A stretch of 64,000 nt of DNA from Candidatus Uhrbacteria bacterium (lineage in GTDB: Bacteria; Patescibacteriota; Patescibacteriia; UBA9934; UBA10169): positions 7,499-71,498 of the forward strand of contig JACPJO010000005.1 of NCBI GenBank assembly GCA_016187485.1, written 5' to 3'. The position numbers were made by a program, and so were the translations under genes. Below the pieces are notes generated by a model. The model was not told where the DNA came from. It worked only from the letters and a program-made list of their open reading frames with translations, and made no database searches. Positions 9,065 through 17,287 of this stretch are shown here, in pieces (within the stretch, counting starts at the first letter, position 1; every line of letters starts with the position of its first letter).

Positions 9065-9203
9065 AGCTCTAACGATAAGTGATTAGATGCTACCCTGGTT
9101 CGTCGCCACGTGATATTATGAAAGGGCCGTACCCCTAAGCATTGACCTGCCACGGGCGACGAACTGTTGGAGATAGCGCATGGGTAATCCCCGATGCGCT
9201 ATT

Positions 9204-9321
9204 ATTTTCTCACGCTCGTTTCTTGCTGTCAACTTTGGTTACAGACTAATCTTCCGTTCAATATTTGAAGGGGTTTTAACTTGGGGATAAAGTTGACAAA
9301 ACCGCTCGAATGTACTATATT
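9204..9321. promoter_or_regulatory. Divergent sigma70 promoters
   Basis: Plus: TTGACA(9293)-17-TATATT, start near ATG 9329 (leaderless). Minus: TTGACA(9232-9227)-17-GAAAAT. Both -35 boxes sit in AAGTTGACA. Confidence 0.6.
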
Positions 9322-9328
9322 TCTTTAT

Positions 9329-9625
9329 ATGAATATCGGCGAAAATATCAAACTCATTCGTCGTACAAAGGGCATGACACAGGAGCAGTTAGCCAATGCC
9401 TTGGGGTATACGAAGTCTTTCCTTTCACTTGTTGAAAGTGGGGACCGGACACTCTCTTCAGAAGATATTGCACGCATTGCCGTTGCGCTTGGTGTTAGTG
9501 TTGAAGATATGCAATCACGGGTTGTTGTTCAGTTTCGCTCGGATTCTATTTCTTCGTCAGACCAGAAAAAAGTCGAAGAGGATTTTATAAAGTTTGCTCG
9601 AAATCTCAAAAACAGCCGTAACTAA
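9329..9625 (+). CDS. XRE-family HTH repressor (ImmR/CapH-like)
   Basis: IGENIKLIRRTKGMTQEQLANALG...LSLVESG; short C-terminal helical tail after VQFRS. Confidence 0.92.
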   Translation: MNIGENIKLIRRTKGMTQEQLANALGYTKSFLSLVESGDRTLSSEDIARIAVALGVSVEDMQSRVVVQFRSDSISSSDQKKVEEDFIKFARNLKNSRN

Positions 9626-9629
9626 TCCT

Positions 9630-10112
9630 ATGGAGGGCCTGACTGAAAAAATCAGAGTCATTCTTGAAAAACTGGCAATCACACAGCCTCCTATTGATAT
9701 TGAAAAAGTGGCGGCTTACTTTGGAATCAATCTAGTTCCGTATGATAACTTCCCAGACAATGTTTCTGGCATGATTGTGCGCGACCAAAATGGAGACAAC
9801 GAAAATATCTATATTGGGTTTAACTCAAAACAAGCTAAGGTGAGACAACGCTTCACCGTAGCCCACGAGCTCGGTCATTTTCTTAGTGGTCATGACGACC
9901 TAAAAATCGTTGAAGATACCTTTGATAAGGATACGGTAAAAGAAAGAGAGGCAAACAGCCTGGCCGCCGAGTTATTGATGCCCAAAGATTTTCTTGTTGC
10001 TGACATGAAGCTCGGGAAATACGATATTCCGTCCTTGGCTAGCCGATACGGGGTGAGTGAGCAAGCTATGTCGATTTGTCTACTTAAATCCGGGCTCCTC
10101 TCCAAAGTTTAG
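9630..10112 (+). CDS. ImmA/IrrE-family zinc metallopeptidase
   Basis: RQRFTVAHELGH, EREANSLAAELLMP, LA..YGVS.QAM. Confidence 0.93.
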   Translation: MEGLTEKIRVILEKLAITQPPIDIEKVAAYFGINLVPYDNFPDNVSGMIVRDQNGDNENIYIGFNSKQAKVRQRFTVAHELGHFLSGHDDLKIVEDTFDKDTVKEREANSLAAELLMPKDFLVADMKLGKYDIPSLASRYGVSEQAMSICLLKSGLLSKV

Positions 10113-10241
10113 TTTTTGGTAGGCTACACATTCGTTGCTAGCTCACGAAACTTCCAAGAAACTTCTATTTTCTCCATGCTCACCCTGACCTGGCGGTAAA
10201 TCGGCTCCAGTTCGGTAAAAATGTAGAGTTCGGAGCCAGAT

Positions 10242-10276
10242 AACACACCTTGCGTTGCAAGGTGTGTTTTCTTTTT
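10242..10276 (+). terminator. Hairpin immediately after second att core
   Basis: AACACACCTTGC-GTT-GCAAGGTGTGTT then TTCTTTTT. Confidence 0.7.
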
Positions 10277-10319
10277 AGCGCATCTCGAATATACTTGTAA
10301 AAAACCATCCATTAGATTT

Positions 10320-10709
10320 ATGAACTACAAAGGCGTAATAATTGAAGAAAGTTTAGAAAATAAAGATATTCTCAAAGATGTCAAAATCTTAGAGACGAAA
10401 GTCGAGGAAGTTGTAGAAGAACATAAAACTCCTTGGATAAAACAATGGACTTTACACACTGTTGAAATTTCAGAAAATCAAGTTGCTAGTGTCGCGGAAA
10501 AAATCAGCAAAGCATTGGATTCAAAACATAACTGGTATGCGGATTTGAAAAATGAAACTCATCATTACATTATTTTCCGCGACAAAGTTTTTTACATAGA
10601 CCGAAAAAGTAAGGAACAATATGATGAAGCGAAACACTATGGCATTTCGCTCGGCATACCAGAATATCAAGTTGATTTTGCTCCTGACGATAAAGTTTGG
10701 GAAAGATAA
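10320..10709 (+). CDS. Hypothetical protein
   Basis: Clean AT-rich ORF, GVIIEESL...WYAD...YGISLGIPEYQVDF. Confidence 0.8.
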   Translation: MNYKGVIIEESLENKDILKDVKILETKVEEVVEEHKTPWIKQWTLHTVEISENQVASVAEKISKALDSKHNWYADLKNETHHYIIFRDKVFYIDRKSKEQYDEAKHYGISLGIPEYQVDFAPDDKVWER

Positions 10710-10711
10710 TT

Positions 10712-11338
10712 ATGGCTACAAAAAGTAAGATCCAAGTGCTATTAGTTCATGGCGGAATGACCTTCAAAAATGAGAAGGACTATTTACATTACCTAAAAAC
10801 CAAAAAAGTAACGACAAAGAAAAAGATTTCTTGGACGGGAGATTATTTAGAAAAAAGTTTAGGTAAAAGGTTTGAGATAATTTCGCCACGAATGCCTTTG
10901 CAGGATTTTGCGAAGTACAGAGATTGGAAGATATTTTTTGAGAGATATTTATCTCTTATCAAAAATAAATATATTTTGATCGGTTCGTCTTTGGGTGGAG
11001 TTTTCCTTGCAAAATATCTTTCTGAAAATAAACTTCGCAAAAAGGCCTTGTCGGTATATTTGGTTTGTCCGCCTTTCGACAATACATTGCCAGACGAAGA
11101 TTTGGTCGGTGGCTTCACGCTTGGTAGTGATTTGTCGTTGATTGAGAAGAACTGCAAAAATCTTCATTTACTATTTTCAAAAGACGACGATGTTGTGCCC
11201 GCCTCTCATGCCGATAAATACAAGCAGAAATTGAAAAACGCCCATGTTGTGATTTACAAGAGCAAGGGCGGGCATTTCAACATCATCAAATTTCCTGAAA
11301 TAGTTAAGATGATTTTTGCAGATATTAAAAGAAATTAG
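10712..11338 (+). CDS. Alpha/beta hydrolase (RBBP9/YdeN-like)
   Basis: VHGG, GSSLGG nucleophile elbow, SKDDDVVP, GGHF. Confidence 0.88.
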   Translation: MATKSKIQVLLVHGGMTFKNEKDYLHYLKTKKVTTKKKISWTGDYLEKSLGKRFEIISPRMPLQDFAKYRDWKIFFERYLSLIKNKYILIGSSLGGVFLAKYLSENKLRKKALSVYLVCPPFDNTLPDEDLVGGFTLGSDLSLIEKNCKNLHLLFSKDDDVVPASHADKYKQKLKNAHVVIYKSKGGHFNIIKFPEIVKMIFADIKRN

Positions 11339-11602
11339 CCGCCGATTTTTGCAAAAAAGAAAGCCGAAGCCCGCGCGGATTCCTCCCCAGACCCCTCCTC
11401 CGCGCGGGCGAGTCCGTCGCCCCGCCTCCTTTGCCCCAGAAAAATAGTGGCGGGGCGCATCGCTTCAGATTTCGCTTCTTAGATTTGTGTATCAGATTCG
11501 GCAAAATGATTTCAAAAGTTTGCGAAGGTTTTAATTCGGGAGCCACATAGAACCGACGTGTTCAAACGCGTCGGTTTTATGTTTGTGATAGACTATTTTC
11601 GT

Positions 11603-12226
11603 ATGACCTACAAAGCCATTTTCTTCGACGCAGACGGCGTTCTCATCAAAAACAAGTTCCTCTTCACAGAACAACTCAAACAGGACTTCGGTATTGAAAT
11701 TGAAAAGATGCTTCCGTTCTTCAAGGGCGTATTTCGACAATGTACCGTCGGTAAAGCGGATCTCAAAGATGAACTCACGAAGGTCATCGGCGAGTGGGGC
11801 TGGAACGGTACAGTCGACGAGCTGATGGAATACTGGTTCACCAAAGGTACTCAGATAGATCAGGAAGTGCTGGAATATGTGAAGTCTATTCGAGGGCGTG
11901 ACATCCGCTGTTACATGGCTACAGATCAAGAGAAATATCGCGGTGAGCACCTGGAGAAACTTCTTGGAAATGATCAGGTCTTCAAACGGGTCTTCTATTC
12001 AGCTCAAATCGGTTGTTCCAAGAAGGAACCTGCATTCTGGGATCATGTCTTTGAAACGGTCAACATGGCATCACGACCACCATTTCAAGAACTGATTGAA
12101 CGCTCACAAATGCTTTTTATAGACGATGATCAACCGAAAATAGATGCTGTAGCCTCGTTCGGATTGGATACGCATCTGTACACCGATCTCGAGTCACTCA
12201 AGCAATGGTTGAACCAATATGTATAA
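11603..12226 (+). CDS. HAD-superfamily hydrolase
   Basis: FFDADGV motif I, K, FIDD motif IV. Confidence 0.9.
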   Translation: MTYKAIFFDADGVLIKNKFLFTEQLKQDFGIEIEKMLPFFKGVFRQCTVGKADLKDELTKVIGEWGWNGTVDELMEYWFTKGTQIDQEVLEYVKSIRGRDIRCYMATDQEKYRGEHLEKLLGNDQVFKRVFYSAQIGCSKKEPAFWDHVFETVNMASRPPFQELIERSQMLFIDDDQPKIDAVASFGLDTHLYTDLESLKQWLNQYV

Positions 12227-12680
12227 CCATGCACCAGAGGATTATAAATGTCCCATCTGTCTTGCAATCAAAGGTATCGAAAGCGACGACACCTGGATTA
12301 TTCAAGATGACATCTTTTACCGCGATGATCTTGTAACCGGATTTATCAGCTCAAAATTCATCAAAGGCAATGAAGGGCACCCGGTGCTGGTTCCAAACGA
12401 GCATTACGAAAACCTCTATGATCTCTCGGAGATTGTCGGACATCGCATTTTCGACGTCTCTAAGCGCATCGCGACGGCGCTCAAGAAAATTCGTGGAGCC
12501 GATGGTATAACGATCCATCAAAGCAATGAGCCGGCGGGTGATCAACACGCGTTTCACTATCACCTTCACGTCGTCCCTCGATTCAACGGCGACCACTTCC
12601 ATGAAGAGCTTTGGAAAGCCTCCCGATCTCAACCAGAGGAGCGAACCGCGTTTGCTAAGACATTACGAGATCTCCTGTGA
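12219..12680 (+). CDS. HIT family hydrolase
   Basis: CPIC, HYHLHVVPR histidine triad. Confidence 0.92.
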   Translation: MYNHAPEDYKCPICLAIKGIESDDTWIIQDDIFYRDDLVTGFISSKFIKGNEGHPVLVPNEHYENLYDLSEIVGHRIFDVSKRIATALKKIRGADGITIHQSNEPAGDQHAFHYHLHVVPRFNGDHFHEELWKASRSQPEERTAFAKTLRDLL

Positions 12681-12913
12681 GTCCTCTCCCTCCTGACTTC
12701 AAAGACCGACCGCGCATAGAGCGCTGGTGGATAAATCTGCAGGTGCTATTTCACCGTCGATCGGTGAAAGTTACCTGTTGCGAAACGTTTCGTACAGGTC
12801 CATACGCCTGCAAAGGCTGCGCCACGCTTTATGATTGTCATTCGACGAGTCTCTGGTACCGCTTCCTCGCTCGTCGCGCCAAACGCCGCTCGCCACTGGT
12901 GAAGATGTTATAA
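12677..12913 (+). CDS. Small Cys-containing hypothetical protein
   Basis: GTGA overlap with the HIT stop; CC..CxxC..C. Confidence 0.45.
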   Translation: MSPLPPDFKDRPRIERWWINLQVLFHRRSVKVTCCETFRTGPYACKGCATLYDCHSTSLWYRFLARRAKRRSPLVKML

Positions 12914-13013
12914 TTCCACACTCCATTAGCTCTAATTCGTGAGAATAAGCGAATAGTAAAAGGCTCATGGCCCCGACAAGGGTGGGTGGGTGGATCTGAT
13001 CCCAATTCACATT

Positions 13014-13523
13014 TCATGCTACAGCCGTAATAGTGTACACCGTCTTCGACCCTCTTATCTGAAGTACGACACTCTCGCCGGCGCGCTTGCCGAGAAGAGC
13101 TTGGCCAAGAGGGGAGAGATGGGAAATCCGGCCGCGTTCGGGGGCAGTTTCCTGCGAACCGAGAATTTCGTAGATCCATTTCTTTCGATTCTCTTCGAGC
13201 GTGACTTTGGATCCGATCCGCACACAGCCGTTCTCGTCTGGCCCCGATGCGATTGGGATAGCGCGCTTCAACTTCTCCTCGAGCATCAACAGGCGCTCGT
13301 TGATGCCACGCAGTTTCGCCTTAGCCATCTGGTAGCCGACGTTTTCCGAAAAGTCGCCCATCTCTGCCAACCGCTGTGTTTCCGCAACTGCCGCTGGCCG
13401 GTCTGTCTTTTTGAGGCGGAGGATGATCTTTCTCATCCGCTCGATCTCCTTTGGTGTTACGTAATCATCCTCCATTTTCAAAGCTTGTCGAAGCTTTTCC
13501 CCTCGTCTTGTAGGTACGCGCAT
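13014..13523 (-). CDS. GreA/GreB-family factor (second paralog)
   Basis: GDFSENVGYQ.AK, IS..SPLGQALLGK. Confidence 0.9.
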   Translation of the reverse strand: MRVPTRRGEKLRQALKMEDDYVTPKEIERMRKIILRLKKTDRPAAVAETQRLAEMGDFSENVGYQMAKAKLRGINERLLMLEEKLKRAIPIASGPDENGCVRIGSKVTLEENRKKWIYEILGSQETAPERGRISHLSPLGQALLGKRAGESVVLQIRGSKTVYTITAVA

Positions 13524-13632
13524 ATGTCCGGAAGTATAGCAGGCATCAGCTTTCCTCATTAAATAGCTTGTCCAACACTAAGTGTCGGACAGTTCGTTTT
13601 TAGAGCACGGAATGTGCTATAGTGACACCATT

Positions 13633-13863
13633 ATGGTGCACAAGGTGCCAGCGGATCTACGGAAAGCTCTCCTCTCAACACCTGCGTCAAGAGCCGTCTG
13701 GGAAGACATTACGCCGCTTGCGCGCAACGAGTGGACTTGCTGGGTGACGTCTGGAAAAAAAGAAGAGACACGGACTATCCGCATCAAGAAGGCACTCTCA
13801 AAACTCAAAAGCGGCATGCGCCGACCTTGTTGCTGGGCCGGCTGCCCTCACCGCTCCAAGTAG
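13633..13863 (+). CDS. YdeI/OmpD-associated family protein
   Basis: VPADLRKAL...W...TPLARNEW.CWV.S.KKEETR..RI...RPCCWAGC. Confidence 0.85.
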   Translation: MVHKVPADLRKALLSTPASRAVWEDITPLARNEWTCWVTSGKKEETRTIRIKKALSKLKSGMRRPCCWAGCPHRSK

Positions 13864-13937
13864 TCTATGCAAAAAATTATCTCCCATCTTTGGTTCGATT
13901 TCGATATTGCAGCGCTCAAACAGGCGCACGACGGCGT

Positions 13938-14237
13938 ATGATCAAAGACTTTGCGGCGTTTTTGCGAGAGTTCAACATTGTGTCGCTCGCGATCGGGTTT
14001 GTCATGGGAACCGCATCGACCTCGCTTGTTGGGTCGTTCGTCAAAGATATTCTGATGCCGATTGTGGAACCGTTGATGTCGGCGCGATCGTGGGAGACGG
14101 CCGTGCTTCATCTCGGCCCGATTAATATCGCTTACGGGGAGTTTCTCGCCGAGCTGATCAATTTTCTCATCCTCGCGCTTATCATTTTTGTCGTCGTGAA
14201 AAAGCTCTTGAAGATTGAGGTAGAGAGGAAGAAGTAG
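13938..14237 (+). CDS. mscL: Large-conductance mechanosensitive channel
   Basis: F..FLREFNIVSLAIGFVMG...V.DILMP...YG.FL..LINFLI. Confidence 0.9.
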   Translation: MIKDFAAFLREFNIVSLAIGFVMGTASTSLVGSFVKDILMPIVEPLMSARSWETAVLHLGPINIAYGEFLAELINFLILALIIFVVVKKLLKIEVERKK

Positions 14238-14240
14238 GGT

Positions 14241-14792
14241 ATGCCTCGAACCAATAACATCGTGCGCGACGCGGGAATTGTAGCGATGAGTGTTTTGGTT
14301 GCCGTAGTACTGGCTCAAACAGGCACGCTAGAGGCTCTTCTTACAAGCACGCAAGGACGGATCATGCTTGGGAGCTTTCTTGCTGGCCTCTTTTTTGTTT
14401 CCATCTTCACTGTGGCTCCTGCATCCGTCATGCTTGTGGAGATGGCGCTTGCGAACTCGGTGTGGGAAGTTGCGCTCTTCGGGGGCTTAGGGTCGCTTGT
14501 GGGAGACCTTGTCATCTTCCGATTTATGAAAGACAGCGTGTCGTCGGATGTCCGCTGGCTTTTACGAAAGACAGGGCGTGAAAAAGTTTTGGCGCTTTTC
14601 GGCATCAAGCATGTGCGTTGGCTCATCCCGTTTCTCGGCGCTCTCGTCGTTATCTCTCCGTTTCCCGATGAGATCGGTCTTGCCATGATGGGACTCTCCA
14701 ACATGAAGACGCGATGGTTTGTACCGATCACCTTTGCGCTCGACTTTTTCGGCATCCTTCTTATTGGACTTGTTGCAAAGCACGTGTGGTAA
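14241..14792 (+). CDS. Integral membrane protein
   Basis: About 5 TM segments, SPFPDEIG motif. Confidence 0.8.
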   Translation: MPRTNNIVRDAGIVAMSVLVAVVLAQTGTLEALLTSTQGRIMLGSFLAGLFFVSIFTVAPASVMLVEMALANSVWEVALFGGLGSLVGDLVIFRFMKDSVSSDVRWLLRKTGREKVLALFGIKHVRWLIPFLGALVVISPFPDEIGLAMMGLSNMKTRWFVPITFALDFFGILLIGLVAKHVW

Positions 14793-14878
14793 GTTAGGGC
14801 TCAACGAAGTCACGGACACTTGCTTTTTTCATGGTTTGCGCGCAGAATGCCCAGATTCTCAATAACAAAGACTGTCCT

Positions 14879-15349
14879 ATGAGGAATTATCAAAGCAGGC
14901 CTCGCCCGCAAGGTGCAGGAGGGTGGGGAGGGCCGAAGAAGTTTGGCGGGGCAAGACCGTTTGGCGCCAAGAAACCGTGGGATCGTGGGGGAAGCGACCA
15001 CCGCCACGAGGACCGTCCAATGTTTCAAGCCACGTGCAACGCATGTGGGGAAGCATGCCAAGTGCCGTTTAAGCCAGTTAATGGCCGTCCGGTGTTTTGT
15101 CGCAATTGTTTTAAAAAGGATGGGGATGAAAAGCCTGCACGAGACTTTTCTCCTCGGGAGTTTTCGCCTCGGCAGGAGCGCCAGGTGGAACGCCCACGCA
15201 CAGACCACTCTGGGGAGGCGCTCAAAGCCATTAATGCAAAGCTCGATGCCATCATGGACACACTTGCCGCAATGACTATTCCGTCAGCCGAGGTGCCTGT
15301 GGTGCCAAAGAAGACGACGAAGAAGCGCGCGACGAAGAAGAAGGTGTGA
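14879..15349 (+). CDS. CxxC-x17-CxxC domain protein
   Basis: MFQATCNACG..CQVPFKP..GRPVFCRNCF with Gly/Arg-rich N-terminus. Confidence 0.9.
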   Translation: MRNYQSRPRPQGAGGWGGPKKFGGARPFGAKKPWDRGGSDHRHEDRPMFQATCNACGEACQVPFKPVNGRPVFCRNCFKKDGDEKPARDFSPREFSPRQERQVERPRTDHSGEALKAINAKLDAIMDTLAAMTIPSAEVPVVPKKTTKKRATKKKV

Positions 15350-15891
15350 AGCGTATCTTTTTTGCCATCCCACTTACCGTAGAGATTCAGCAGAGACTTT
15401 CCCTGGTGCAGGGCGACATCCGGCGCCAGCTTCAACACAGCCGTGTCGCATGGGTTTCTCCCTGCGACATGCACATCACACTTCACTTTTTGGGTGAGGT
15501 CTCCGTGGCCTCCATTCTAAAACTTGTCCAGGAGGTGAGAAAACTCTCACTGCCGGACGCTTTTTCTCTGTCATGCGGAGATGTAGATGCTTTTCCTTCC
15601 AAAAAAAATCCCGAGACAATTATCGTGCGTACGCACACGCATACGGCTTTATCTGCCCTGCGCCAGCGCCTCGGGACAGTTATTGTTTCACAGGGACTCA
15701 CCATGAGTGAACGTGCGTTTCATCCGCACGTGACACTCGGCCGTGTACGTTCCTCTGGGGAAGTTCTTCAACCCGAGCAGGTCAGCCCGCTCTCTGCGCA
15801 GATTCTTATTGGCGGATTTACCCTTTTTGAAAGCAAACTTACGCCAGATGGCCCGGTGTATAGCGCTTTGGAGCATTTTCCTATCGGGTAA
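15346..15891 (+). CDS. thpR: RNA 2',3'-cyclic phosphodiesterase (2H family)
   Basis: RIFFAI, HITLHFLG and FHPHVTLGR motifs. Confidence 0.9.
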   Translation: MKRIFFAIPLTVEIQQRLSLVQGDIRRQLQHSRVAWVSPCDMHITLHFLGEVSVASILKLVQEVRKLSLPDAFSLSCGDVDAFPSKKNPETIIVRTHTHTALSALRQRLGTVIVSQGLTMSERAFHPHVTLGRVRSSGEVLQPEQVSPLSAQILIGGFTLFESKLTPDGPVYSALEHFPIG

Positions 15892-17098
15892 ATCGGCGAC
15901 GGGGTTTTCGGAACGGGGCGGGATAGCGTGACGACGTGCGAGAGGGCTGTGTCTGGACGGACCGTTCGACTGTCTCGCCCGAAGGGGTTTTCACAAGGAG
16001 AGTTTTTCGAATGAGCCGCTCAATATTTCCAATATCGCGGCGCTGTTCAGGGGCGGCAAAAGATATGGCTTTCCCAGATTTTCCGGCGCGTCCCGTGCGG
16101 CCGATACGATGCACGTAATCTTCCGAATGGTCCGGCAGATCGAAGTTCACGACGAGTTCAATATCTTTCACATCAATTCCGCGCGCGGCGATGTCGGTAG
16201 CGACCAAGATACGATATTTGCCGTTCGAAAACCCTCGTAGAGCATCCTGCCGCTGGGCCTGCGAACGGTTCGAGTGAATCTCGGCAACCGAGTGATGCAT
16301 GTTTTTAATAGACTTGGCAATCTTCTTTGCGCCGTGTTTCGTGCGGCTGAACACAAGCACGGTTCCTTTGTGTTCGGCAAGGAGGCGTTCAAGCAGCGCA
16401 GTCTTTTCTGTTTTGGGTACAATGTACACTTCCTGGTCTACTTTTTCTGCGGCAGTTCCCGATGGAGCTACCTCCACGCGCAAGGGCTGCTTCATGTATT
16501 GGCGCGCGATGGAAGCAATCTCTTCGGGCATGGTGGCAGAGAACAGCATGGTCTGCCGCTCTTTTGGTACGAGCGCAAGAATACGTTTGAGCTGCGGGGC
16601 GAAGCCCATATCGAGCATCCTATCTGCCTCGTCAAGCACCAGGACGCCCACGGTTGAAAGGGAAGTGCTCTTTTGTTCCAGGTGGTCGAGCAAGCGTCCT
16701 GGAGTGGCGACAATAATATGCGGGCGGGCCTTGAGCTGCTTCAATTGTGGCCCCATGGATGTCCCGCCAATAAGTACGGCGGTGCGCAGTCCCAACGGCC
16801 CGCCTACTTTGTGTAGTGTCTCCTCTACTTGGACTGCCAATTCGCGTGTGGGGAGAAGCACCAATCCCATTTTCCCTTTTGCCGAGATTTGCTGAATCAT
16901 GGGGAGGGAGAAGGCAAGAGTTTTTCCTGTGCCTGTCTGTGCAATACCAATCACATCTTCGCCGGTGGTGGCAACGGGGATTGCTTTAAACTGAATGGGT
17001 GTCGGATGCTGGAAGCCCAGCCGTTCAATTTGCTCCAACAATTTCGGGGCAATGCCGAGGCCAAAAAAGGATTCGCCTGCCAGTTCTTCGCGTGTCAT
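15881..17098 (-). CDS. DEAD-box RNA helicase (RhlE-like)
   Basis: Q motif, AQTGTGKT, PTRELA, DEAD, SAT, HRIGRTGRAG. Confidence 0.96.
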   Translation of the reverse strand: MTREELAGESFFGLGIAPKLLEQIERLGFQHPTPIQFKAIPVATTGEDVIGIAQTGTGKTLAFSLPMIQQISAKGKMGLVLLPTRELAVQVEETLHKVGGPLGLRTAVLIGGTSMGPQLKQLKARPHIIVATPGRLLDHLEQKSTSLSTVGVLVLDEADRMLDMGFAPQLKRILALVPKERQTMLFSATMPEEIASIARQYMKQPLRVEVAPSGTAAEKVDQEVYIVPKTEKTALLERLLAEHKGTVLVFSRTKHGAKKIAKSIKNMHHSVAEIHSNRSQAQRQDALRGFSNGKYRILVATDIAARGIDVKDIELVVNFDLPDHSEDYVHRIGRTGRAGKSGKAISFAAPEQRRDIGNIERLIRKTLLVKTPSGETVERSVQTQPSRTSSRYPAPFRKPRRRFTR

Positions 17099-17146
17099 AA
17101 GTGTTTCGCACAGAGGCTATCACAGTTTCTCCTCTCTGTATAGCAG

Positions 17147-17171
17147 AGAACCCCGCATGCGCGGGGTTCTG
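17147..17171. terminator. Stem-loop downstream of the FN3 gene
   Basis: AGAACCCCGC-ATGC-GCGGGGTTCT. Confidence 0.55.
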
Positions 17172-17287
17172 GCTACTCATCACTTTTTTCCTCGCCACCT
17201 CCGTTCTTATCGTCGCCTGCATCCGGTTCTTTGTCTGCCTCGGGAGGATTCTGCCACTGACTGTTTTGGAATGTCATATGAAAGGAG

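Larger units (their letters stand above)
3630..10238. mobile_element. Genomic island 1 at the tRNA-Asn 3' end (type III R-M defence island)
   Basis: Direct repeat CGGAGCCA at 3630-3637 and 10231-10238, recombinase-like remnant pointing into the tRNA, accessory cargo, lower GC than flanks. Confidence 0.75.
10231..11546. mobile_element. Genomic island 2 (integrase-less, AT-rich) in tandem at the tRNA-Asn site
   Basis: Bounded by GGAGCCA cores (10232-10238, 11539-11545), each followed by a terminator-like hairpin; strongly AT-rich cargo. Confidence 0.6.

Noticed and set aside
12913-13013. Possible end of a third tRNA-linked island
   Set aside because: No GGAGCCA core found; boundary unsupported
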